A DNA stretch of 64,000 nucleotides, taken from assembly GCA_000165345.1 (NCBI GenBank), contig CM000430.1, positions 1 to 64,000 of the forward strand, read 5' to 3'. Position numbers and translations under genes: made by a program. The notes beneath the pieces were generated by a model, which saw only the letters and a list, made by a program, of their open reading frames with translations, was not told where the DNA came from and did no database searches. This document shows positions 32,201 through 42,482 of this stretch, piece by piece (within the stretch, counting starts at the first letter, position 1; every line of letters starts with the position of its first letter).

Positions 32201-34059
32201 AGAGATAATGATAAGTTAATATTCTTTAATTTAAATCTTGTATCAGAGTTATTTAAAACAGAAGTTGTACTGAATTCATAATTTCGATTAAGTAGATGAG
32301 TATGTTCATTAGCTGTATCATTATTATACTTATTCCTTTTACGTGTTTCTTTATTCCAAGTATATGATGAATTTCTCATAACAACAACATCCTTACTGGT
32401 TATATCTTTTAGATTGGCTAGATGATTACCTTTATTGCTAGTAGTATATCTTGAATAGATATTTGAATTTGTATGATGATCAAAATTCCCAATAATAGAA
32501 TCTTCTGGAGCTTCTTTATCAGAGATAGATGATAAGGTTTGATATCTAAGGGAAAAAAGTCTTGTAGAATCAGGAGAACTTGTGTTTTCTCTATCATCAG
32601 TAATTAGTCTAGAATTTGCAATATTTCTGGTATCATCAAGAGAATTGGCGCCAGAATTGTGCATGCATGCACGTTCAATAGGAGTAGGGGTTTTTGTATT
32701 AGGTGAAAGATCATGGAAATTATTGGATGTAATGGAGTGTGAATAACAATGTCTGAGATCAAGAGGTCTAGATCTAAGAAATGATTGGAATCTATTAAAT
32801 GAAATGAGTGCTTCAATAGTGGCAAAAGAATACATGGATAAATTTCTGCAAGGACCAAGTAAGGAGAACAATACTTTTAGAGTAGTAACTCCAACAGAGG
32901 CTGGAATAACGAGAGGGACATTATGTTCCCTAGAGTATTGAATTCCTTTATATACTGCAAGTAAGAATAGAACAAGTTGAGCAATTCCAGACATTTGATA
33001 TCCAATCCAATTACCAACTAAAGATAATGTATTACGAATTTTGTTAGCTTTCATTTCAACTTGTCTACATTTCATGACTCTATCAGTAGCAATATTTTGA
33101 TACCCCATCATTTGTAAAGTTCTGACTTCACTAAGAACTTCATGGCATCTATCAATACGTTTATCTCTAGCTGACATGAAAGGTGCTTTATAAGTTGATG
33201 CAATAATTTGGCATGTAAATGATATGATTAAGAATACAATTAATGTAAAGATTCCAACAATGGTTGTAGAGGATCCAAGAGAATCTTTGAGTACAAAATA
33301 TGCAATAATAAGTCTCAAAGGGAAAATAAAGCATTCAATTGCATTAATAAGGAATCCCTCAACAGCTAATGTATCAACAACGATAAGATTAAATACATTT
33401 GATGATATAACAGCCTCACTGTCTTGGATTCCTCTAGACTCTGCATGACGTAGAATAATGGATTTTCGTGCAGATTTTCCAATAGCAGATTCTTCAAATG
33501 ATATTGCAGAAGTCTTCCAATGGACAACTCTTCTAAAAGTCATAGAAATTAATGAAGCTTGTATTCTTAAGCTAACTCTTCCACACCAATAACTATATTG
33601 AGTTTCCACAAGTATTTTGAGTAACGTAAGTACAATAAATACACTTCCCATATAGTAGTTGTTTTTGTTATTATTAAGATTATTTTTATTTGAGGAATCA
33701 GGTTCTAAGCTTGAAACAAAACTTCTCAATGATAATGTAGCTAATGTTTGCAAAACATCAAAAAAGACTTTCAAGAGTAGAACCATAAGGCATTGAAACC
33801 AAAAAACCTTAATTAAAGGCTTGTATATTCTTAAACCTTTTCCTTTAAGTTTACTGATTCTTTCTTCTTGATTGACAGCCTTTTCTAAATAATTAGTCCA
33901 TATTGGAATGTCATCATTTGCAGGTAGACGAGGGAGATCATCAGTGTTAACTCCTGGTCCTAAGAACTTAGACATCCAAGGTGACAACCAAGTAAAAAAT
34001 AGCTTACTCCATAGGGTATTACCCCCAGCAAATTCAATATTTTTTTTATTGAATTTCAT
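29209..34059 (-). CDS. ABC transporter, ABCC/MRP-like, array member 4 (closest to member 2)
   Basis: 1616 aa. NBD1 GSPGSGKTSL, LSGGQRARICLARALY, LLDDIF. NBD2 GRTGSGKSTF, LSDSQLRYLSLARLV, LVDEPP, VAHHAASLQNC. Shares WTVR(D/N)FLDP and SLPGGKMLD blocks with member 2. Confidence 0.9.
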   Translation of the reverse strand: MKFNKKNIEFAGGNTLWSKLFFTWLSPWMSKFLGPGVNTDDLPRLPANDDIPIWTNYLEKAVNQEERISKLKGKGLRIYKPLIKVFWFQCLMVLLLKVFFDVLQTLATLSLRSFVSSLEPDSSNKNNLNNNKNNYYMGSVFIVLTLLKILVETQYSYWCGRVSLRIQASLISMTFRRVVHWKTSAISFEESAIGKSARKSIILRHAESRGIQDSEAVISSNVFNLIVVDTLAVEGFLINAIECFIFPLRLIIAYFVLKDSLGSSTTIVGIFTLIVFLIISFTCQIIASTYKAPFMSARDKRIDRCHEVLSEVRTLQMMGYQNIATDRVMKCRQVEMKANKIRNTLSLVGNWIGYQMSGIAQLVLFLLAVYKGIQYSREHNVPLVIPASVGVTTLKVLFSLLGPCRNLSMYSFATIEALISFNRFQSFLRSRPLDLRHCYSHSITSNNFHDLSPNTKTPTPIERACMHNSGANSLDDTRNIANSRLITDDRENTSSPDSTRLFSLRYQTLSSISDKEAPEDSIIGNFDHHTNSNIYSRYTTSNKGNHLANLKDITSKDVVVMRNSSYTWNKETRKRNKYNNDTANEHTHLLNRNYEFSTTSVLNNSDTRFKLKNINLSLSLGETIIVVGSPGSGKTSLMNAVLDEIVQETGLTYVQPRETKSPIAYASQIPWIPNGSIKNIILFGRPLNQLKYDVILDCCQLNQDFKSWQDGDLRIVDEGGCSLSGGQRARICLARALYSLPDYLFYNQESSPLSEPIIESESSSYNNSNLSISCLPSSQDSILYLLDDIFVSLDPGVSKTIFKKLFGKNGLLRKVATILSIDHTILSFLMSTSKLLKDFNPKILVLDDGSPQFFGMYQSYLSDWRCINLDITNKDNGPHSEEFSNDDDFSYNNNNKYDTTTNNNTMYLSTNPSTKCETLRKVMEKEGRVTGMVSKKTYYWYFSKLKWSWTIALFILCYSKTMFDKGTDYYMGSYTSRAPLTDVDKSIFEGKKFALIYIILALIQLAVSSMVFIGEAICGIKAAIEIHDNLLVDVLNAPLNFFDSNPVGRVLSRFSTDLLMVDNIPIMKIATVLVGAMNVLFQCIVVVSAEPSVVFLFPMIGLGIYYAVARYFSRSSRELQRMCLVLYSPLCGVFSEAMSGGPIIRAFRAQDHYMLQGTEIIDMVQRAKFMQLCSKEWSSLRTQLLTFPLTAMSSNFFTALISDFFSSPSDTLLEGQTSDMNTRLGSGPGAGIVGIALYYSESIASNIGMTITSYVNMEKEMISVERLHQYYEILNKEKIYNLPFSSPCKVEDIEKQEKNIENIKSGVKIIDLEVRYRRPNSNPADNPDEIYFPPAINKMNACTGPNEHIGVIGRTGSGKSTFLQAILGLVPITNGRVFLDNIPIDQMSNEDRNKLIGILPQVPLILKGWTVRNFLDPYQKFSKDDIWDALNLCGLSSLIRSLPGGKMLDAVIVPDNSSGATYNSNNISENSIKTEQKSKMTNCINSSHSETPDDERYLSDSQLRYLSLARLVLNAKSYRLILVDEPPPDVFQEDTIDYVPIHQLLRQYFPHCTVFVVAHHAASLQNCKKVWVLGKGRILFETDLNSNFSQDQMLQLFQTAETECVEFEASKNTKQK

Positions 34060-35436
34060 ATCAATATTTCAAAATAAATTAAATTTCAATCAAAACTCCA
34101 ATTCTTTTGTTCTTTATTGAATATTCATTATTCTATTTGATAATTGTGATGTTTATTAATTTGTTGTATTTTGACAAGTATTCAATCTAAAATAACTTCT
34201 AATTAAATAAGATAAAAATCTATGATTAAATTAGCATGTCATTTTAGCTCTAAACAGTGTCTTTGGATAGCTTCTATTGGCTAAGCATATTAAGAGACTA
34301 GTCGATCCTCTTGAGCTTTTTCAACCAAATACTTTAATAACTTTCTTCTACTAGCTAAATAATTTCGAAGCATTGCCCGCCAAAAATATTGACCTAATAC
34401 GCTTTCCACTATCTGGGTATCTACGCGCGCCGTCTACTTTAGACCTATTGTCAGAAATTTACTAGGAATAATATAATGATTAATAGATCAGATACTTAAA
34501 GGAGTAGGAAATTTTTTAAAGAATTTATTTCTATTAATTTATTTGTTATTAAAGGGCAAAAATATGGTGTATAATTTTAATAAAATAATATGTATTTGTA
34601 TAAATACTAAAAAGATTTGTTAAAATAATAGAATAAATATTAAACGAATTATTAATATGATTACTTTATAATTTTGAAATTTGATATCAGTTCATGTATA
34701 ATTGAACTTTTAATGTTTATTATATGAAAGAAACATTGATGTTATTTTGCTGTATCTATTAAGTACTTTTTATTTTCTTCTTTTTAGATGGGGTATAAAA
34801 TTTAATCAAGAATATTTTTCTAATAAGAGCAAAAAAAAGTCTGAATACTTATGATTAGTAAACTCTATATTTCTAATCTCTCACATTTCAACCCAATTTT
34901 TTACCCAATATAGCTAACTAAATATTCATCTACAGCTCTAGAAATAAATTAAAATAAACCTATTCAAATTGATTAAATTAAACTCTTTCCACATAAATCT
35001 TCTTTCATAGTTGTGCATATTTAATTATTCATTTTTTTTAGCAATATTTGTTACCGCTAACACATGTAATAACTTTTGTTGGCGCCTATATTTCAGAATT
35101 TATGCATGTGGACGAGTCAGATTACATTGAAGAACAAAATAAAATAGATTGGGAAAGGAAAAGAGAGAGAAACGAGAAAATAACGAATGTTTCCATTCCT
35201 TTAATTAGTCATTTAACTCGTCTAGATTATTCACTTTTCAGTTTTTTTTTCTTTTATGAAATTAATATTTATACTAGTATTTCTTAGTGATAGTAGTAAA
35301 AGGCATTAGAATGTTGATTTGGAAGAAAATAAAAAAATATAAATTAAAATAAAAATGATGGTTGGGATGAGTCTGGTGTTAAAGAAAGAAAGTATAAAGT
35401 ATATTAGGAAGGAAATTTGTAATAGATAAAAATCAA

Positions 35437-36159
35437 TTATAGAAAGCTCAAAGATTCTGTTGTAGATTGCAAATCAACGAAGTCAGGATTATTCAATTGG
35501 TCATTATTTGTCGGATGATTCTTGGAAACAATAATATCGTTAAAACTATTACTGGGTTCTTTATTAATGGAAATTTTGTCAATTTCAAGCTTAATATCCT
35601 TTAGGTTAATCCATTTATCAACATGTTCTGAAAACCCAGGATCTGCATTTGAACTATTCGTATCATAATTTGTATCGGATAATGTTGTTTTTTGGATAAA
35701 TTTTCCGTCAATTGAAAGAATATCTTCAACTCTAAGTGATCCTAATGTTTGTAAGTTATTTTGATTCAAATCACTTGGATAATTTTCGAGTTCGAATAGT
35801 TCTCTTCTATTAGGAATTGGTAAAGTTAATACATTTTTTCCATTCGTAGATGTTTCATTCTCATAAACTCCAGATCGATCTTCTATTTCAAAGAAATCAT
35901 AGGAATCATTACCTGAAATTCCTTGGCCCTTAACATTAAAGTTTATTTCATGATAATTGTTGTCATATAAGAAGTTTTCGGGATCTAATGCCTCATACTC
36001 AAAAACTTCAGGAGGTGAGCTATTAAATCGGACCTGTTTTGAATGGTTGATTTGTTTTAATACTGTTCTTGAGGAGTGCTGATGATTATCATGATATAGA
36101 GAAGAAACATCGTTGTGAATCTCATATACATCTTCATGAATGAATGTTTTGTTGTACAT
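35437..36159 (-). CDS. Hypothetical Asn/Ser/Asp-rich protein
   Basis: 240-aa ORF, no recognisable domain. CACGTG 21 bp upstream of the ATG. The coding call rests on ORF length only. Confidence 0.4.
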   Translation of the reverse strand: MYNKTFIHEDVYEIHNDVSSLYHDNHQHSSRTVLKQINHSKQVRFNSSPPEVFEYEALDPENFLYDNNYHEINFNVKGQGISGNDSYDFFEIEDRSGVYENETSTNGKNVLTLPIPNRRELFELENYPSDLNQNNLQTLGSLRVEDILSIDGKFIQKTTLSDTNYDTNSSNADPGFSEHVDKWINLKDIKLEIDKISINKEPSNSFNDIIVSKNHPTNNDQLNNPDFVDLQSTTESLSFL

Positions 36160-36350
36160 TTATACTTCTTTTATATAGCCACGTGTGTTATAAATATAAT
36201 ATTATTCAAGTTGTTTTATATTGTGTATTCTATCACAAAACTGTTATTATCTATCTATATTTCTTAATTCCTATATAATTTTTTGGAATATATATTTATA
36301 TATACATTTATTTTCTTGTGTATATGCAAATATATTTATTTATTTATATA

Positions 36351-36389
<39 letters not shown>

Positions 36390-37367
36390 TTAAGTGCATA
36401 TAATACAATATATATTATTTGCTCTTTATAAAAAAAAACTTATTAATTTATGTTTTAATACTTGTTCACAATAAAAACATGTCTTAATAGCTAGAATTTA
36501 TCAGATTTTTGTGTTTTTATCTAACTATCCCAAAAGTTATTCCATACCATTTCACGAATATTTAGACAAACTCTTATATTTAAAAAAAAATCTACAATAT
36601 TCACCTCCCCATCATAATATGCTCGAAATTTTGTCTAGCCTCGGATCCGAGAATAGACGATTACAATCTAATTAAATTAGAGACAAGTTATTTTGTGGGG
36701 GTGGCGGGTTTTCCTTTTTTTAATAAATTTGCAATTTGTCAAATAAGCCATGTAATAGTTTACAAGTATTGGAATATTTGCAACTTTTTTTGTAATTTTA
36801 AGAAATTAATTTTATCTTGTTTCTAATTAAATTCATACTTTTATATTTAACAATGTTTAAGATTTTTTTCCCCTATTTCCCCCTCAATACCTTCATTCAT
36901 TTATACCTCTCCCTCTCCTATTTTACGAGTGTCTTAGCTAGACAATAATTTGATTTGATTACAATCAAATATTCGGGTATAAAACTTAAATATATAAAAT
37001 TAGTAACTAAATGAATATAGAATAATTTGAGAATATATACTAATGTAAGAAAGGTAAATAACAATCTTAATTTTTATTTTTATATTAATATTATATTTGG
37101 TGTGTGAAAATATGGGAATTGGCGGTAAAACTTGTAAATATTTTAATTATAAGTGGCTATTGTTAATATTTATAGTGTAATGATTATAAATTCTGGTACT
37201 CATAGAAAATAATGGATAGTAATACAAGATAATTTAGTAGTTGTAGTGGGAATAATTGTACTTATAATAATTGCAATTGTAACAATTCTAGTGCAAAAGA
37301 CATGTGTTCTATATTTGTAAATTATTAATAAAGTAACCAAATTATTAATTAAATCTAAAATTATCCA

Positions 37368-38930
37368 TTAATCTTTATAATTTGTTTGTTGTTTCTTAAT
37401 TCTAACAAACATGGTCTGCTTGTGTGTAATTTTATATTTAGAGTTAATCAACTTAATAAAATGTCTAATTTGATTATTTTCAACCATAGTATAAGTATAT
37501 CCTATTTTTCCAGCTCTTGCAGTTCTTCCAGCTCTGTGAATATAAGTTTTAATATTGTTAGGAACGTCATAATTAATAACAATATCAATATCAGAAATAT
37601 CAATACCTCTTGCTAAAATATCAGAACAGACAAGAATATTGAATTCATTATTATTAAATTTTTTCATTAGTAGATTTCTTTCCTTTTGAAGCAATAAACT
37701 TGAAAATTCTTCAACAAGTAATTTTTGAACATTATCTGAAGAATCATTATTAGTTTCTGAATTATCAGTATTATTAATAGGAATGAGTATTTTTCTATCT
37801 TGAATATCTTCATTATTAGAATCATTTATATTGTTATTTTCATCTTTAGTATTAACAATAAAGAATAAGTCATCTCTATTAGATTTACTTAATTCTTGTT
37901 GCAAATACTTGGTGAGATTTGAAGTAGTTTCCTTGCTTGAACAAAAAATGACTGCTTTAAAATAAGTTTTATAAGCTTTTGGAATTCCTTTAATTTCAGA
38001 TTTTTGATCTTCTGTTACTAATTTACTTAAACTTTTTCTTTGCTTCTTATTTAATAATAATTGATATATAAGACAAAGTAAAGTTTGTGGTTTATATTTC
38101 TTATTTGTAACTTTAACAAATTTTTGGGACATTCTAGATGGTATATTTGACTCTCCAGTAACTGAGCTGATAAAGTATATTGGACGTACTAAATCCAATT
38201 GATTTAACTTATAAGGACTATTAGAAATAGTTGCAGATAATAGAATTCGAATAGGAGTTTTTTTTGCTAATCCTAATTCTCCATTATCTTCTTTAGATAA
38301 TATATATTTTGAAATATTATTCACAATAGATAGCCAATCATTATAAGGTTGAGATAACAATCTATCAACTTCATCTACAATGATAAAGTGAATATTTCTA
38401 AATAATTCAGGTATTTCCTGTTGATCTTGTGATATTACTAGTTGATTATAATGCTCACAAAGTCTTCCTGGAGTTGAAATTACAACATCTGGTTGTATTG
38501 TGCTTAATTGATGCATTTCATTAGAAAATGATTGTTGTCCTGTTAATGTAGTAATCTTTATAGGAAATCTACCTTTGTTAACTTTTGTAAATATTGTGAA
38601 GACATTTTTAACTTGATTTGCTAATTCTCTAGTAGGTACAAGTACTAATACTGATAAATTTGGATATGTTCTATTATATAAGTAATTTGCTATAGGAATT
38701 ACATAACATAAAGTTTTTCCTTCTCCAGTTGGAACTGAAATACAAACATCACTACTATAGTAATTATTCACATCACAATTAATTCCATCAAGTATATAAG
38801 GTATTACTTTTTGTTGAATTGGAAAAAAACCTGTAAAACCTTCAATTTCTTTAAGTCCTTTTTTTATATTCTTATTAAATCTTTTAAGAAGGCTTTCATC
38901 ATTCTTTTGGTCAATTTCTGTATTATCCAA
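37368..38930 (-). CDS. DExD-box ATP-dependent RNA helicase
   Basis: 520 aa. Motif I PTGEGKT, Ia PTRELA, II DEVD, III SAT, VI HRAGRTARAG. Several Asn-rich inserts. Confidence 0.8.
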   Translation of the reverse strand: MDNTEIDQKNDESLLKRFNKNIKKGLKEIEGFTGFFPIQQKVIPYILDGINCDVNNYYSSDVCISVPTGEGKTLCYVIPIANYLYNRTYPNLSVLVLVPTRELANQVKNVFTIFTKVNKGRFPIKITTLTGQQSFSNEMHQLSTIQPDVVISTPGRLCEHYNQLVISQDQQEIPELFRNIHFIIVDEVDRLLSQPYNDWLSIVNNISKYILSKEDNGELGLAKKTPIRILLSATISNSPYKLNQLDLVRPIYFISSVTGESNIPSRMSQKFVKVTNKKYKPQTLLCLIYQLLLNKKQRKSLSKLVTEDQKSEIKGIPKAYKTYFKAVIFCSSKETTSNLTKYLQQELSKSNRDDLFFIVNTKDENNNINDSNNEDIQDRKILIPINNTDNSETNNDSSDNVQKLLVEEFSSLLLQKERNLLMKKFNNNEFNILVCSDILARGIDISDIDIVINYDVPNNIKTYIHRAGRTARAGKIGYTYTMVENNQIRHFIKLINSKYKITHKQTMFVRIKKQQTNYKD

Positions 38931-39539
38931 CTGACTAATTTGAATCCATCTATATTAATTAATTAGTATAATAGTTAATTCACTTATAATTAATATATCA
39001 ACAAATTCTAACTTACCTCTTAGTCCATGTAGGAATATCAATCATTGATTCAAAAAGCTACTTCCTAACTTATAGTTTCATTCAATCACTCAAATAATTT
39101 CTGTATAATAATAATAATATTTAATATTTTAATATATTTATATTTTAACCTATTAACTTGTTATTGAAATTTTTAATCTGGTTATTATATTGTATCTATT
39201 TTTTCTTAGATTATTTTAAATCTATTTAATATATTTATACCAATTAATTGATTCTATTCCTGGTCTAATACTTCTTCAAATCCATAAAATAATAAGTCCT
39301 CTTTTTTATTTTTTTTAGCTTCGTTGTTAATTGACTTGCAACATTTACCGCCATAACTGTCAAAATTATCCCTTTATGCAATTTTACCTTTATTTTTGAC
39401 ATGATTTATTTTGGCGCCACACTGCTTCACAAATATTTGTTGCAGTAAAGAAGGAGGAAAAAGTTAGAGGTAATGAAAAAGTTTAAATAATACTCAATAA
39501 ATATGAACAACTAAATATTTTTTAAATATACAGTAAACT

Positions 39540-39550
39540 GGGGGGGGGGG
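39540..39550. repeat. G11 homopolymer in the divergent helicase/RPL29 promoter
   Basis: ctg + 10 g, then aataatg. This is the longest G run in the window. Confidence 0.8.
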
Positions 39551-40037
39551 AATAATGAAGAAATAAATTAGAGTTGAGAAAAAAAGAATGTTTTATATTA
39601 GTGGGATGTATTTCAATAATATTAAGTTTAGTGAAGTTTGAGGAAATAAAAGAAAATGAATCTTCAATATAAGAAGAGAAACATAATATTTCTTTTTAGT
39701 TATATAATTTTTTTTTTTTTCATTTATTTTTCTCTATAAGACAATTAATAATAAAAAATACAATGGGCGGGAAATCTCGAGACGGCCTTTAATATTATTA
39801 ATAATTATTTATATTTTATCACTTTTATTATTATTAACTAGTTAAAGTTTGATCTAAAATATTTAGTATATAATTGATAAAACAAAAGGTTTATAAATTA
39901 GTTAACATATTATATATATATTTATTTATTAAAAAAAATTAGTATTTTTAAAAAAGAATTCAGCGGAAAGTCTTGGGATTATATTTAATTAAATTAATAT
40001 AAGGCACAAACTTTAATTTTTTTTTCTGAAAACAAAG

Positions 40038-40382
40038 ATGGCCAAATCAAAGAACCATACTAATCATAATCAGGTAAGTAATAATTTATTGGATTAGAGA
40101 TAACGTGCTTTTCTTTGTATATCATTAAATTTTGTAACATTGAAAAGAAGTTATCCTTGATCTGATTATATATAATTGGATAATTTACTTTTCTCTTTTG
40201 TTATTTAATAATAGAACCGTAAAGCTCACAGAAACGGAATAAAGAAGGCAAAGAGCTACAGAAAGTTACCAACATTCGGTATGAATGCTAAATTCTTAAA
40301 GAACCAGAGATTCTGCAAAAAGGTTGCTATGAAAGAAGCAGCAGCAAAAGCAGCAGCAGCCAAGAAAGCTCTCTTTAACTAA
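40038..40382 (+). CDS. RPL29: 60S ribosomal protein L29e; two exons 40038..40073 and 40215..40382, intron 40074..40214
   Basis: Exon 1 encodes MAKSKNHTNHNQ and ends at GTAAGT. The intron ends ...aatag. Exon 2 encodes NRKAHRNGIKKAKSYRKLPTFGMNAKFLKNQRFCKKVAMKEAAAKAAAAKKALFN then stop. Conserved L29e N-terminus. Missed by the ORF track because of the intron. Confidence 0.8.
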
Positions 40383-40786
40383 ATAAAACCTATTAATATA
40401 AGATTCAATTAGTAGGACATAATTCTATTTATGTCTGATTTCACAATATAGTAGGTATTGAAACATTCTTTTCCAAGCTAGGAGTTTAACCTTATTTTGA
40501 AAATTAATAAATCTCGACTTTTTTGTATTTTCAAACCTTCATTGTTACATCTAATAATACTAGTAAAAGTTAAAAATAATGAAAGAAAGAAATTTGATTT
40601 CTATTATACGAACAATTAGTAACCTAAATTCTAGGATGTCCTATTTTTTTTAATAGTACCTTTGATGGCTTAAAAAAAAAAAAGAAATAGGTTAAACCAA
40701 TCATGTAGAGATGTAATAAAGAAAAATTTAGTTTTCTATATACTCCTTCCAAACCAGTAATGAGTTATCACTACTAATTATTCAGA

Positions 40787-41125
40787 TTAGTCAAACAATG
40801 AGAAACCTAGGTCACCTTCTTCTTCCTCCTCTTCTTCCTTCTTCTTTTCAGCTGGAGCAGAATCTTGTGCTGCACCACCAGATGCTGCTGCTGCACCACC
40901 AGAAACTGCAACACCACCAGTTGGAACAGATTGGAGCTTGGATAAACCAGAGGCTATGACCTCATGGCTGAGTTTTCCACTCATATTGGAGATCAAGACA
41001 TCAATGATAGATTGGTCATATTCGATACCTACAGATTCCAAAACCTTCTTGATATCAGAAGCTGTTGGTTGTTCCTTTCCAGATGAAACGCAAAGTAAGT
41101 AAGCTGCAACGTATTTCATACCCAT
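40787..41125 (-). CDS. RPLP2: 60S acidic ribosomal protein P2
   Basis: 112 aa. [10 protein letters not shown]-terminus. Ala/Gly-rich hinge. Acidic tail [16 protein letters not shown]. Confidence 0.92.
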   Translation of the reverse strand: MGMKYVAAYLLCVSSGKEQPTASDIKKVLESVGIEYDQSIIDVLISNMSGKLSHEVIASGLSKLQSVPTGGVAVSGGAAAASGGAAQDSAPAEKKKEEEEEEEGDLGFSLFD

Positions 41126-41581
41126 TGTTAATTAGTCTTGTCAAGGTTTCTTTTTTTTCCTTTAATTATAAAGTCTTAAAAAAAAATTGAATTAAAAAAA
41201 TTCAATAGGCTGATCTTGTCAAGGGAGAAAAATATTATTAACCTAATAAAAAAATGTATTATTGTACTATTTATTCAACAATTAATTTTTATATTTATAC
41301 TAATATAAATATATATTAAATATAATATATATTTACTAAATTATATATTTTATAATACTATTTTGTATTATTATAATATATTATTTAACTTTTCAAATAC
41401 CTTCATTCATTTTACAATTATTTCAAATTTTACTTTGTCTTCAATTTGACAAATTTAACTGTCTTTATTATTTTTACATATTTTATTATTTAATTTCATT
41501 CATTTTATTATACCTGTTTTTTGAAGACGAGACAGCCACGTCTACAACAATTATTACCAAACAAATAAAATATATTTGATG

Positions 41582-41610
41582 GGCGCCACATCCCGCAATT
41601 TAGGCGGGAT
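41582..41610. promoter_or_regulatory. E2F-like GGCGCC plus inverted repeat ATCCCGC-N7-GCGGGAT in the divergent RPLP2 / SERP1-like promoter
   Basis: gggcgccac atcccgc aatttag gcgggat. The arms are reverse complements and resemble canonical TTTCCCGC E2F half-sites. Confidence 0.5.
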
Positions 41611-41959
41611 TTGATAAATACATAAATTGTTTTGAGGGGGAGAGAGGGGGGTTAGTTAATTATTATTTATATTTAGTTATGAAATAGGATATTAATAATA
41701 TAATAAATTAATAGTAATTAAAAGATATATATAATAAGAGAGAGGGTATATTATTATTTAATGATATTATTATTTGATTAAGGATATAAATATCTAGTAT
41801 TTAATACTAATTAATTGTTATTTAAAAAGAATTTCTCATTAATATAAATTAGTTAATAGCTTGTACTGCATTCTTTTTTTTAAGAAAAAAAATTATCATT
41901 TTATTTACTGCAAGTTTATATTTAAATAAAATTAATTACAATTAAGTGAGGACTTAACA

Positions 41960-42280
41960 ATGGTAAGTTTTTTTTTTCAATAATCTATTATGCACTTTTA
42001 TATTATAAGAAATATTCAAGTGCATACTAAGTATTAACATTTCTAATTATTAAGAAAGACTAACTATAAATTACATGCTATTTAGGCACAATCTAGATTT
42101 ACAAAACTCAAGGGTGAATTATATGAAAAAAACATTGATAAGAGAGGAAGTGTTTCATCTTCTAAGAAGAAGAGTGGATATCCCGTTGGTCCATTTGCTC
42201 TAGGACTCTTTATTTTTGTAGTTATAGGTTCAGCAATCATCCAAATGATAGTTAGTGCTACTACCAAACATTTGGATTAA
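41960..42280 (+). CDS. Stress-associated ER protein SERP1/RAMP4 homologue; exon 1 is the ATG only (41960..41962), intron 41963..42085, exon 2 42086..42280
   Basis: ATG is immediately followed by GTAAGT. The acceptor is ...ctatttag. The spliced product is MAQSRFTKLKGELYEKNIDKRGSVSSSKKKSGYPVGPFALGLFIFVVIGSAIIQMIVSATTKHLD. GPFALGLFIFVVIGSAIIQMI parallels the RAMP4 TM segment [21 protein letters not shown]. The antisense ORF 42082..42267 is spurious. Confidence 0.7.
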
Positions 42281-42482
42281 ATATCTTAACTTTCATATTT
42301 GAATCTAGTGAAGATTTAATTATTATTAAATTTATAATTATTCGTTTTTGCTCATTTTTCTTGATTTCTATTTAATGCTTATTATTTTAAGTTAGTTACA
42401 ACTGAGCAAATCTAGTTTTGTTTTCTAATATAATAGATACAAAAGAGTCGAACTGTAGTAGTAAGCATTATCAATACTATGA

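Noticed and set aside
36886-36902. 17-mer AATACCTTCATTCATTT shared with 41396-41412 in two unrelated promoters
   Set aside because: A single shared 17-mer of low complexity in AT-biased sequence is within chance expectation for 64 kb. There are no further flanking similarities.
42082-42267. 61-aa minus-strand ORF
   Set aside because: It is antisense to exon 2 of the SERP1/RAMP4-like gene. The plus strand has a clear spliced homologue.
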